A stretch of 61,769 bases of DNA, filler included, from Hemiscyllium ocellatum (GCF_020745735.1; 4 parts of 4 records of this genome joined end to end with filler, not necessarily neighbours in it), one strand, 5' to 3'; shown: positions 38,868 through 51,757, counted from the whole stretch's first letter. Notes: generated by a model from the letters alone, not told the origin. Numbers and translations: made by a program.

Positions 38868-39345
38868 AGCTGCATGGCACAGAGATACACGGCGCTGTCA
38901 GAGATGAGGATATTGCGAATAAATAGTTCAGTGATCTTGCCAGTTCTATTTGAAGAAAATCGATCACTGATGCCAGTGTTCCTGTGCAGATTCATCCCAA
39001 TAATTCGAAACATGAACTCTGGAGGCTGCATGTGTCGCTGAATGTACCAGTATGCATAAGGGTTAGAATCACTTGTCTTCAAATTGCAGGTGAGGGCGAT
39101 GTCATTTCCCTCTTCAACCGTCATTTCAGCAACCGATTGTTCCACTGTATCCTGCTGGCTCCATTCTAACACGTGAAACGAAGTAAAAATGACAATCAAT
39201 ATCATAGTCATATTGATCAACATAATCGTCACCAATCGTTAAACAATAACATTCTTTTTGGAATATTTTACCCTTTTCTGAGAAAGAGATACTTACTGAG
39301 GTTAGACACGATTATGAGGATTGGTATGAGATATTTTCCAATCAT
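38868..39345 (-). CDS. TCR alpha/delta-type V segment, copy 1, intact (leader 39345-39297, V exon 39165-38868)
   Basis: Leader MIGKYLIPILIIVSNL|GTAAGT; 131-nt intron; V exon (K)WSQQDTVEQSVAEMTVEEGNDIALTCNLKTSDSNPYAYWYIQRHMQPPEFMFRIIGMNLHRNTGISDRFSSNRTGKITELFIRNILISDSAVYLCAMQ with C23, W41, DSAVYLC; followed by an RSS. The alpha/delta assignment is by motif. Confidence 0.88.
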
Positions 39346-39349
39346 GTTT

Positions 39350-39530
39350 GCCGACTCTGCAACTCGAACAGAGCAGAATTATAGATCCTTGACGAACTGC
39401 TTTGCTGATCCTTTCAATAACATAGATGGTGCAGCAGAAGCAATCTCTTCAAAAGCACAATTGCGGCAGAGTAAATGTGAGGATTTGGGGGCGGGGTAAG
39501 AACAGGAAACTGAAGCTATGGGCGGGGAGA
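39350..39530 (-). promoter_or_regulatory. Putative V promoter, conserved upstream of copies 1, 3 and 4
   Basis: TATAATT about 35-40 nt upstream of the ATG, two GC boxes (39487-39496, 39520-39527) and an ETS-like TTTCCTG. Copy 3 also has a CRE-like TGACGCAA. Confidence 0.5.
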
Positions 39531-42279
39531 CAGTTAATTCTAAACTTGACAATTTGTCTCGTGACTCTCAGCGACCTTCAGAGCTGAGAGTGGTTTAAAA
39601 AAAACATGACATTTCCATCACCGATCTGTGATCTGTTTTCAAAACTTGGAAAATGCTACTTACCATATTTCAATACATCTTTTATAACAGATACGAGTAT
39701 TTTAATTTTATCCCAATAGAATTTCAACAGCATAAATAGCATTTCTGAACATCAGCGACGTTCTTTTACTTCTGGTTTGAGGAATGACAAATGATGTAGC
39801 TGGGACATTGCATTTAGCAATATAACCTCCGACCGATCCACTGCTCTTTCTTCTCAAATGGGTGATTTTAATTACAGGCAAACTCCGTTTCTGTGGATCT
39901 GGTTTCCATAGCTTCAGTTTCCCACGGTTTACTGCAGCTCAAATATATTGCAGGGAGCCTTCCAGAACCAGGGGCTATCAGTAATGCACATTTCCATTTA
40001 GATGAATGGGTTCGCTACTATGCACGATTTCAGGCTTCTGTAATAGGTCTTGGAATGTATCCCCCGTAGGTGTGGGGGGGTTACTGCATTTAGCATTTAA
40101 ATCAAGGAGAAACAAAAGTAAGTCGTGTCACTTGAATTTGAATATGGTAGATTTTCTTTGTTAATTTTAATGTTCAAAACGTAAACCATGAAAAAAAGCA
40201 AGGGAAAACATTCATTCTATGTTTATTTTGCAATGGCGTGTAATGGCATCGTAGTGGTATTACTGCGTAAGTAATTGAGAGGCTCAGGCAAGTGCTCTGT
40301 GGGGAGATCGACTAATGGAATGTAAATTCAGTTATGAAATAATCTATAATTAATTAGTACCTGGAAGGATATTTGTGACATTGTAATCGATTGGTGTACA
40401 ATTTAAAAAAAAACAAAAGAACAGTACTCAAATAAAGATGTTTTGATGCCGTTCGAAGTTTAGCACTCGTGTAGTCGCATCCATTTAACACCAGTTGGAA
40501 TCATAATATCATTTTAATCACAAGAGCGAGCAGCGGGGCCAGGGACTTTAACACTTTAATTCTGTCAACATTCAGCCAAACTACCTCTCATTGTTCATCG
40601 ATCCGAGCTCACGAGAGCAGAGGAAAAGATAGTTGTTTCCGCAGACATGACACACAAGTAAGAGAAGCAAAGTACATTTCAACTGAAAACAAAAACTTCC
40701 AGCGATCACAGCGGGTCAGGCGGCATCCAAGGAATGAAGCAAAACGCCAATGTTTCGCCTCTAGGTTACTCTTTTTTGGAGCTTGTTGAAGAATCATTGA
40801 GACCCAAAATGTTAGAATGCTCGCTCTCGATGGATGGTGCCTTATCCGCCGTGGTTTTCAGCATGTATTGCTTTGAAAATTGATTCAGTCACCTACAGGA
40901 ATTTGCTTCTAAACAGGAAATCAGAGAAGCATTTAATGACGTATGAGCAATAAAGAGTGTTTAAAGAGGCGTAGGGCTGATCAGAGAATAAGACAAAGGG
41001 GCCGTACACATGACCACAGGAAAAATGGCTGAGTTGTACACTCAATACTTCGCACCAGATTATTCTGTTTGTTATAGATTCACGAAATTTTAACAATCTC
41101 CCTGCTGTCTGGTGAATCTGTTTACAATAACAAGGGAATCGTGCTAGGATTGCATTCAATAACCCAATTTTGGGAGACTTTCTTCTGTATTCCAGAAACA
41201 ATTTTAAGAGAGGAGGAAATTGATATGAATTGGTGAGTATTCCTAGGGATTAAGACCTGGGCAGACTTTTCGTAAGTCCAGAAAAAGGACACATAAGGAC
41301 TTTGAGGGGAAAAAGGGTAGAAATCTTGGGACCACTGGCAATTGGGGGAGGAGACAAATTCGCTTTTAGTCTTCCTTGGGTGAGGGGAAGTGCCAGAAAA
41401 CTTGAAACATTGAATTTTTGTACCGTTCAATAAATGGAGCCAGACCACTCCAGTTTCCTCAGCACAACCTGTTCATATTTCCAAATAATCATTGCTTTTA
41501 GCGGTATGAGCGCACCATCTGATCGACATGAGTTGGAAATTTCAGCGTTTTAGTGTTTGTCCTCGCCATCTCTGCAGGAATGTGGGATGCATGGCAGACA
41601 GACTAACTGCGCTGCAGCGGAGAAGGAGGCCATCGATATTTTAAACAGTCATTTTGTTTAACGTGTGCAATTTAACAGAGAGCCATCCCAGTAATTCTGG
41701 AGACCTCACTTCTCCTCCCTGCCTTCCCCACCTCCCCATCATATAACCCAACTCATTCACCCATCAGGCCATAAATATTCAGTAAATATGTCGGACCATC
41801 CCGCATTGTCTGGATGCACCAGACGATTATTGGAATGCACCAAGTCATCAAGTAAGCTCATTGCAAATTTACCATTTATCTCGCGAATCAATAATTTGGG
41901 TTGGATTTGTAAGGCAGACTCTTTGCCATTTGTTTTTGCTTTACAGAAGAAAGTCTGTCAAAATTGCGACAATACACGCATTCCCTGGACGATTCCCATA
42001 TTATTATTAAACAGATTCACCAGACAGTACGATGTTTGTTATCGGTACCGAACTTCGAGAGTACATTGTGTCTGGTTTACATTCGACAGAAATTGACAGA
42101 ATTTTCTGAGGAACATGCTGCACAGCATAGGAAACATGTTTATTTTTCCCATGAGTTAAGATTGTCTGCTCTATCATAGCTGATGACAGCTACACAGCAA
42201 TTAATGCGAACAGTAGGTGTTAACTGTCTGCTCGTGCTTGAGCGCAATCTGGTGTGCACAAACTGATACGCTCAAGGTG

Positions 42280-42579
42280 GGTTTTTGTACAGTATCCACA
42301 ATATCTCCGTATCAATGTAAGCTGCATGGCACAGAGATACACGGCGCTGTCAGAGATGAGGATATTGCGAATAAATAGGTCAGTGATCTTTCCAGTTTTA
42401 TTTGAAGAAAATCGATCACTGATACCAGTGTTCCTGTGCAGATTTATCCCAATAAATCGAAACATGAACTCTGGAGGCTGCATGTGTCGCTGACTGTACC
42501 AGTATGCATTAGGGTTAGGAGGGCGATGTCCTTTCCCTCTTCAACCGTCATTTCAGCAATCGATTGTTCAACTGTATCC
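42280..42579 (-). pseudogene. TCR V copy 2, pseudogene
   Basis: Leader, intron and promoter are deleted (junction at 42579/42580 to sequence equivalent to ~40857); 25-nt deletion at 42518/42519 removes C23; heptamer is TACATTG (42319-42313); spacer 24 nt; consensus nonamer. Confidence 0.9.
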
Positions 42580-44083
42580 GATTTATAGATTTTCAGCATG
42601 TATTGCTTTGAAAACAGAATCAGTCACCTGCAGGAATTTGCTTCTAAACAGGAAACCTGAGCAGCATTTCATGGCATATGAGCAATGAAAGAGTGTTTAA
42701 AGAGGCGTAGGGCTGATCAGAGAATAGAGGGCAGAATTATAGAGGGCTGATCAGAGAATAAACCAAACGGGCCGTACACATGACGACAGGAGAAATGGCT
42801 GAGTTGTACACTCAATACTTCGCACCTGTATATTGTGTCCCATTTAGATTCATGAAATTTTAACAATCTCCCTGCTGTCTAGTGAATCTGTTTACAATAA
42901 TAAGGGAATCGTCCAGCGATTGCATTCACTAACCCAATTTTGGGAGACTTTCTTCTATATTCCAGAAACAATTTTAAGAGAGAAGGAAATTGATGTAAGT
43001 TGGTGAGTATTCCGAGGGATGAAGACCTGCACAGACCTTTCGTAAGTCCAGAAAAAGCACATATAAGGACTTTGAGGTAAAAAAAGGGTAGAAATCTTGG
43101 GAACACTGGCAAATGGGGGAGGAGACAAATTCACTTTTAGTCTTCCTTGGGTGAGGGGAAGTGTCAGAAAACTCGGAACATTGAATTTTCGTGCCTTTCA
43201 ATAAATGGAGTGAGACCACTCCAGTTTCCTCAGCACATCTTGTCCATATTTCTAAATAATCGTTGCTTTTAGCGGTATGAGCGCACCAACTGATCGACAT
43301 GAGGAGGAAATTTCAGCTTTTTAGTGTGCGTCCTCGCCATCTCTGCAGGAATGTGGGATACATGGCAGAGAGACAAACTGCGTTGCGGCGGAGAAGGAAG
43401 ACATTAATATTTAAAACAGTCATTTTGTTTAACGTGTGCAATTTAACAGAGAGCCATCCCAGCAAATCTGGAGACCTCACTTCACCTCCCTGCATTCCCC
43501 ACCTCCCTTTCACATAACCCAACTCTCTCACCCACCAGGCCATAAATATTCTGTAAATACCTCGGACCGTCCCGTAGTTTCTGGATGTACCAGACGATTG
43601 TAGGAATGCACTAACTCGTCAAGTAAGCTGATTGTAAATTTATGCCGTTTATCTCGAGAATCAAGAATTCGGGTTGGATTTGTAAGGCAGACTCTTTGCC
43701 ATTAGTTTTTGTTTTACAGAAGAAAGTCTCTCAAAATTGCGACAATACACGCACTCCCTGGACGATTCTCACGTTATTTTAAAACAGATTCACCAGACAG
43801 CAGGGTTTTTCTTTCGGTACCGAACTTCGAGAGTACATTGTGTCTGGATTACATTCAACATAAATTGACAGAATGTTCTTTCTGTGTCTGATTTCAAAAT
43901 GTAATTTAGATGAGGAACATGCTGCACATAATAAGAAAAAGTGTTTTTTGTTTCTCTGAGGTAAGATCGGCTGCTCTATCATAGCTGATGACAGCTAAAC
44001 ATCAATCAATGAGAATTGTAGTTGTTAACTGTCTGCTCGGTGCTGATCGCCCTCTAGTGTGCCCAAAATGAAACTCTCAAGGT

Positions 44084-44605
44084 GGGTTTTGTACAGGATC
44101 CACTATATCTCTGTATCAATGGGATCTGCATGACACAGAGATACACGGCGCTGTCGGAGATGAGGATATTGCGAATAAATAGTTCAGTGATCTTGCCAGT
44201 TCTATTTGAAGAAAATCGATCACTGATGCCAGTGATCCTGTGCAGATTCATCCCAATAAATCGAAACATGAACTCTGGAGGCTGCATGTGTCGCTGACTG
44301 TACCAGTATGAATTATGATTAGAATAACTTGTCTTCAAATTGCAGGTGAGGGCGATGTCCTTTCCCTCTTCAACCGTCATTTCAGCAATCGATTGTTCCA
44401 CTGTATCCTGCTGGCTCCATTCTAACACGTGAAACGAAATAAAAATGTCAATCAATATCATACTCATATTGATCAACATAATCGTCACCATCTCATTGAT
44501 AAACAATAACATTCTTTTTGTAATATTTTGCCCTTTTCTAAGGAACAGTTACTTACTGAGACTAAACAGAATTATGCAGATTGTTATGAGATATTTCCCA
44601 ATCAT
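44084..44605 (-). CDS. TCR V copy 3, open reading frame with defective RSS (leader 44605-44557, V exon 44421-44124)
   Basis: Leader MIGKYLITICIILFSL; V ...TCNLKTSYSNHNSYWYSQ...DSAVYLCVMQ; RSS CCCATTG-24-ACAAAACCC lacks the essential CAC. Confidence 0.85.
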
Positions 44606-47593
44606 GTTTGCCGACTCTGCAACTCGAACAGAGCAGAACTACAGATCCTTGACGAACTGCTTTGCTGATCTTGTCAATAATATAGATGGTGCAGCAGACG
44701 CAATCTCTTCAAAAGCACAATTGCGTCAGAGTGAATGTGAGGGTTTGGGGGCGGGGTAACTGCAGGAAACTGAAGCTTTGGGCGGGAAGACGGTCGATTC
44801 TAAACTTGACAATTTGTCTAGTGACTCTCAGCGACCTTCAGAGCTGAGAGTTGATTAAAAAAACATGTCATTTCCATCACCGATCTGTGATCTGTTTTCA
44901 AAATTTGGAAAATGCTACTTACCATATTTCAATACGCGACATCTTTTATAAAAGATAAGAGTATTTTAATTTTATCCGCATAGAATTTCAAAAGCATAAA
45001 TAACATTTCTGAACATCAGCGACAGTCTTATAACACTGCTTTGAGGAATGACAAATGATGTAGCTGGGACACTGCCTTTGACAATATAATTTCCGACCTA
45101 TCCACTGTTCTTTCTTGACTAATGGGTGATTTCAACTGCAGGGCGAACTCTGTTTCTGTGGGCCTGGTTTCCGTAGTTTCAGTTTCCCCCGGTTTACTGC
45201 AGCACAAATATATATTATAGGGAGCCTTCCAGAACCAGGGACCAGGGACTGCCAGGAATGCACATTTCCATTTAGATGAATGGGATCGCTACTATCCACG
45301 ATTTCAGGCTTCTGTAATATGTCTTGGAATGTATCCCTCATAGGTGTGTGTGTGGGGGGGGTGGGGGGGTGTGGCTACTTCATTGTACATTTAAATCAAG
45401 GAGAAACAAGAGTAAGTCGTGTCACTTGAATTTGAATATGGTAGAGTTACTTTGTTAATTTTAATGTTCAAAACGTAAAACGTGAAAAAAAGCACGGGAA
45501 AGCATTTATGCTATGATTAATTTGCAATGGCGTGTAATGGCATTGTAGTGGAATTACTGTGTAAGTAATTCAGAGGCTCAGGCAAGTGCTCTGTGGGGAG
45601 GTCGACTAATGGAATGCAAATTTTATTATGAAATAATCCATAATTAATTAGTACCTGGAAGGATATTTGTGACATTGTAATCGATTGTAAAACACAAGAG
45701 GAGTATTCAGATATAAATATTTTGATGCCATTCGAAGTTTAGCACTCATGCAGTCGCATCCATTTAACACCAGGTGGAATCATTATATCACTTTAATTAC
45801 AAGAGCGAGAAATGGGGTGAGGGACTTTGACACTTTCATTCGATCAACATTCAGCCAAAATATCTCTCATTGTTCATCGATACGAGCACACGAGAGCACA
45901 GGAGAAGATGGTTGTTTCCGCAGACATGACAGACAAGTAAGAGAAACAAAGTCAATTGCAACTCAAAACAAAAACTGCTGGCGATCACAGCGGGTCAGGC
46001 AGAATCCAAGCAATCAATCAGAAAACCAATGTTTCGCATCTAGGTTACTCCTTTTTGGAGCCTGTTGAAGAATCATTGAGACCCAAAGAGTTAGAATGCT
46101 CGCCCTCGATGGATGGTGCTTGATCCGCCGCGCTTTTCAGCATGTATTGCTTTGAAAACAGATTCAGTCACCTGCAGGAATTTTGCTTCTAAACAGGAAA
46201 TCTGAGAAGCATTTAATGACCTATGAGCAATGAAAGAGTGTTTAAAGAGGCGTAGGGCTGATCAGAGAATAAACCAAAGGGGCCGTACACATGACCACAT
46301 GAGAAATGACTGAGTTGTACACTCAATACTTCGCACCTGTATATTGTGTCCAGTGTAGATTCATGAAATTTGAACAATCTCCCTGCTGTCTGGTGAATCT
46401 GTTTACAATAATAAGGGAATCGTCCAGGGATAGCATTCATTGTCTCACTTTTGGGAGTCTTTCTTCTGTATTCCAGAAAAAAATTTAAGAGAGGAGGAAA
46501 TTGATATGAATTGGTGAGTATTTTTAGTGATGAAGACCTGGACAGACTTTTCTTAAGTCCAGAAAAAGCACATATAAGGACTTTGAAGGAAAAAAAAGGT
46601 TAGAAATCTTGTGACCACTGGTATTTGTGGGAGGAGACAAATTCGCTTTTAGTCTTCCTTGGGTGATGGAAAGTGTCAGAAAACTTGAAACATTGAATTT
46701 TCGTGCCTTTCACAAAATGGAGACAGACCACTCCAGTGTCCTCAGCACATTTTGTTCATATTTCCAAACAATCGTTGCTTTTAGAGGTATGAGCACACCA
46801 TCTGATCGACATGAGTTGGAAAATTCAGCATTTTAGTGTGTGTCCTCGCCATCTCTGCAGGAATGTGGGATACATGGTAGGGAGACTAACTGCGCTGCAG
46901 CGGAAAGGAAGCCATCGATATTTAAAACAGTCATTTTCTTTAACGTGTGCAATTTAACAGAGAGCCATCCCAGTAAATCTGGAGACCTCACTTCACATCC
47001 CTGCATCCCCTACCTTCCCCTCACATAACCCAACTCACTCACCCGCCAGGCCATAAATACTCAGTAAATATCTCGGACCTTCCCGCAGTTTCTGGATATG
47101 CCAGAAGAGTATTGTAATGCACTAAGTCGTCAAGTAAAGTCATTGTAAATTTATGCCATTTATCTCGAGAATCAATAATTCGGGTTAGATTTGTTGGGCA
47201 GACTCTTTGCCACTTGTTTTTGTTTTACAGAAGAAAGTCTCTCAAAATTGCGACAATACACGCAATCCCTGGACGATTCCCATCAAATTTTAAAACAGAT
47301 TCATCAGACAGCAGGGTGTTTGTTATTGGTATCGAACTTCGAGAGTACATTGTGTCTGGTTTACATTCAGCAGAAATTGACAGAATGTTCTGCCTGTGTC
47401 TAACTTCAAAATGTAATTCAGATGACTAACATGCAGCGCATAATAAGGAAACTATTTTTTTCCCTGAGGTAAGATTGGCTGCTCTATCATAGTTGAAGAC
47501 AGCTACACAGCAATCAATGAGAACAGGAGGTGTGAACTGTCTGGTCGGTGTTGGAGCGCCCTCTGGTGTGCACAAACTGAAACTCTCAAGGTG

Positions 47594-47633
47594 GGTTTTT
47601 GTACAGGATCCACTATATCTCTGTATCAATGTG
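47594..47633 (-). other. RSS of V copy 4 (CACATTG-24-ACAAAAACC)
   Basis: Heptamer 47633-47627, spacer 47626-47603 (24 nt), nonamer 47602-47594. Confidence 0.9.
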
Positions 47634-48115
47634 AGCTGCATGGCACAGAGATACACGGCGCTGTCGGAGATGAGGATATTGCGAATAAATAGTTCAGTGG
47701 TCTTGCCAGTTCCATTTGAAGAAAATCGATCACTGATGCCAGTGCTCCTGTGCAGATTCATCCCAATCAATCGAAACATGAACTCTGGAGGATGCATGTG
47801 TCGCTGACTGTACCAGTGTGCATGAGGGTTAGAATCACTTGTCTTCAAATTGCAGGTGAGGGCGGTGTCCTTTCCGTCTTCAACCGTCATTTCAGCAATC
47901 GATTGTTCCACTGTATCCTGCTGGCTCCATTCTAACACGCGAAAGGAAGTAAAAATGACAATCAATATCGTACTCATATTGATCAACATAATCGTCACCA
48001 TCTCGTCAATAAACAATAACACTCTTTTTGAAATATTTAGCCCTTTTCTGAGAAAGAGATACTTACTGATAATGGACACGATTATGAGGATTGGTATGAG
48101 ATATTTCCCAATCAT
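47634..48115 (-). CDS. TCR V copy 4, intact (leader 48115-48067, V exon 47931-47634)
   Basis: Leader MIGKYLIPILIIVSII|GTAAGT; 135-nt intron; V ...TALTCNLKTSDSNPHAHWYSQRHMHPPEFMFRLIG...DSAVYLCAMQ; followed by an RSS. Confidence 0.88.
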
Positions 48116-49298
48116 GTTTGCCGACTCTGCAACTCGAACAGAGTAGAATTACAGATCCTTGATGAACTGCTTTGCTGATCTTGTCAATAACATAGATGGT
48201 GCAGCAGAAGCAATCTCTTCAAAAGCATAATTGCGTCTGAGTGAATGTGAGGGTTTGGGGGCGGGGTAAGTGCAGGAAACTGAAGCTTTGGACGGGGAGA
48301 CGGTCGATTCTAAACTTGACTATTTGTCTCGTGACTCTCAGCGACCTTCAGAGCCGAGAGTGGTTTAAATAAACATAACATTTCCATCACCGATCTGTGA
48401 TCTGTTTTCAAAACTTGGAAAATGCTTCCTACCATATTTCAATACTCGACATCTTTTATCATAGATATGAGTATTTTAATTTTATCTCCATAGAATTTCA
48501 ACAGCATAAATAACATTTCTGAACTTCAGCGACGTTCTTATAGTCCTGATTTGTGGAATAGCAAATCATGTAGCTGGGACACTGCATTTGACAATATAAT
48601 CTCCGACCTATCCACTGTTCTTTCTTCACTCGTGGGTGATTTCAACTACAGGGCGAACTCCGTTTCTGTGGACCTGGTTTCCATAGCTTCAGTTTCCCGA
48701 GGTTTACAGTCCCACAAATATATTATCACGGAGCGTTCCAGAATCTAGTACCGGGGGTTGCTCTTAATTCACATTTCCATTTACTTGAATGGGTTCGCTA
48801 CTGTCCACGATTTCAGGTTTCTGTAATACGTCTTGGAATGCATCCCCCATCCGTGTGGGGGAACTACTGAATTGAACATTTAAATCAAGGAGAAACAAAA
48901 GTAAGTCGTGTCACTTGAATTTGAATATGGTAGAATTTCTTTGTTAAATTTAATGTTCAAAACGTAAACCAAGATAAAAAGCACGGGAAAACATTTATGC
49001 TATGTTTATTTTGCAATGGCGTGTAATGGCATCGTAGTGCTATTACTGCATAAGTAATTCAGAGGCTCAGGCAAGTGCTCTGTCTGGAGGTCGAGTAATG
49101 GAATGTAAATTCAGTTATGAAGTAATCTGTAAATAATTAGTACCTGGAAGGATATTTGTGACATTGTAATCGATTGGTGTACAAATTTAAAAACACACAA
49201 GAGGAGTCCTCAAATAAAGATGCTTTGACGCCGTTCGAAATTTTGCACTCATGCAGTCTCATCGATTTAACATCAGATGGAATCATTATATCACTTTA

Positions 49299-49398
49299 NN
49301 NNNNNNNNNNNNNNNNNNNNNNNNNNNNNNNNNNNNNNNNNNTTAATTAATTAANNNNNNNNNNNNNNNNNNNNNNNNNNNNNNNNNNNNNNNNNNNN
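49299..49398. other. Placeholder gap with six-frame-stop linker
   Basis: 44 N + TTAATTAATTAA (49343-49354) + 44 N. Confidence 0.98.
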
Positions 49399-51757
49399 AA
49401 AGAGGGACAGTTCTCCACTGCTACTGGCAGGGCATTCCATGAACTCACAACCCGCTGAGTAAAGAATCTACCCCTCACATCTGTCCTATACCTACCACCC
49501 CTTAATTTAAAACTGTCCCCTAGTAACAGCTGACTCCATTAACAGAAAAAGGTTCTCAGTGTCTACCCTATCTAAACCCCTAATCATCTTGTACACCTCT
49601 ATAAATCTCCCCTAAACCTTCTTTTCTCCAATAAGAACAGCCCCGAGTGCCTCAGCCTTTCCTCATGATCTTCCTACCATGCCAGGCAACATCCTGGTAA
49701 ACCTCCTCTGCACTCGTTCCAATGCCTCCACATCCTTCCTATAGTATGGCGACCAAAACTGCACACAATACTCCAGATGAGGCCGCACCAGAGTCTTATA
49801 CAACTGCAACATGACCTCAGGACTCTGGAACTCAATTCCTCTTCCAATAAAGTCCAGTACACCATATGCCTTCTTCACAACTCTATTTACCTGGGTGGCA
49901 ACTTTCAGAGATCTGTGTACATGGACACCAAGATCCCTCTGCTCATCCACACTACCAAGTCGCCTACCATTAGCCCAGTAATCCATCTTCTTGTTACTCC
50001 TACCAAAGTGAATTACTTCACACTTAGCTACATTGAACTCCATTTGCCACCTTTCTGCCCAGCTCTGCAACTTATCTATATCCCGCTGTAACCTGCCACA
50101 TCCTTCTTCGCTGTCCACAACTCCACCGAATTTCGTGTCATCCGCAAACTTGCTCACCCAGCTTTCAAGCCCCTCCTCGAGATCATTTATAAAGATGACA
50201 AATATCAATGGTCCCAAAACAGATCCTTGTGGAACACCGCTAGTAACTGCACTCCAAAATGAACCTATTCCATCAACTACTACCCTCTGTCTCCTTCCAG
50301 CCAGCCAATTCCTAATCCAAACCTCTAATGCACCCTCAATGCCATACCTCTGTAGTTTTTGCTTTAGCCTACCATGGGATACTTTATTGAATGCCTTGCT
50401 AAAATCCATATACACCACATCTACCGCTTTACCCTCGTCCACCTCCTTAGTCACCTTCTCAAAGAACTCAATAAGATTTGTGAGGCATGACCTTCCCTTC
50501 ACGAAACCATGCTGACTATCCTTGATCACATTATTGCTATCCAGATGTTCATAAATCCTATCCCTTACAATTCTCTCTAAGACTTTGCCCACAACAGAAG
50601 TGAGACTCACTGGCCTATAGTTACTCGGGCTATCCCTACTCCCCTTCTTGAACAAGGGGACCACATTCGCTATCCTCCAGTCTTCTGGCACTATTCCCGT
50701 AGACAATGGTGACATAAAAATCAAGGCCAATGGCTCTGCTATCTCCTCCCTAGCTTCCCAGAGGATCCTAGGATAAATGCCATCAGGCCCAGGGGACTTA
50801 TCTATTTTCATCCTTTCCAGTATTCCCCAGACTTCTTCCCTACATACCTCAAGGCCATCCATTCTAATCACTTGTGACTCACTATTCACATCAGCAATAG
50901 TGTCCTGTTCCTGAGTGAATACTGACGAAAAGTATTGATTTAGTGTCTCTCCAATCTCCTCCGCCTCCACGCACAACTTCCCACTACTATCCTTGACTGG
51001 ACCGATACCTACCCTAGTCATCCTTTTATTCATGACATACCTATCGAAAGCCTTTGGGTTTTCCCTAATCCTACCAACTAAGGACTTTTCATGTCCCCTT
51101 CTCGCTGCTCTTAGCTCTCTCTTTAGATCCTTCCTGGCTACCTTATAACTCTCAATCGCCCCAACTGAACCTCACGCCTCATCTTTACATAGGCCGCCTC
51201 TTCCCTTTCACAAGGGATTCCAATTCCTTATTAAACCACGGCTCCCTCACAAGAACCTTTACTCCCTGCCTGACTGGTACATACTTATCAAGGACACCCA
51301 ATAGCTGTTCCTTGAACAATCTCCACATATCATTTGTGTTCTTCTCTTGAAGCCTATTTTTCCAATCCACGCATCCTAAGTCATGCCTCACCGCATCATA
51401 ATTTCCCTGCCCCCAGCTATAACTCTTGCCCTGCAGTGCACACTTATCCCTCTCCATCACTAACGTAAAAGTCACTGAGTTGTGGTCACTGTCCCCGAAG
51501 TGTTCACCTACGTCTAAGTCTAACACCTGGCCTGGTTCATTACCTAGAACCAAATCCAGTATGGCCTCACCTCTTGTTGGCCTGTCCACATATTGTGTCA
51601 GGAAACCCTCCTGCACACATTGGACAAACACCGACCCATCTAACGAACTCAAGCTATAGCTTTCCCAGTCAATCCCTGGGATGTTAAAGTCCCCCATAAC
51701 AACCACCCTGCTACTTTCACTCTTCTCCTGAATCATCCTCGCAATACTTTCCTCTAC
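49399..51757 (-). mobile_element. Young CR1 LINE, 5'-truncated (endonuclease C-terminal part and RT)
   Basis: ORF 51185-51781 (VVVMGDFN, ILDLVL, GDSDHN) and ORF 49663-51033, 456 aa (YRPVSLTS, QHGF, YMDFSKAF, GVPQGSVLGP, FADD); broken by small frameshifts. Confidence 0.95.

Larger units (their letters stand above)
38615..49298 (-). repeat. Tandem segmental array, ~3.5-kb unit with one TCR V per unit, running into the gap
   Basis: The marker CAAGAGGAGT..TCA.ATA.A...GTTCGAAGTTTAGCACTC recurs at ~38620, 40420, 45690 and 49195; RSS nonamers at 38828, 42280, 44084 and 47594. Confidence 0.92.

Noticed and set aside
38724-47807. Plus-strand ORFs repeated in the array (for example MENKTLWRSM...MNSGGCMCR)
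   Set aside because: Antisense shadows of the V exons.
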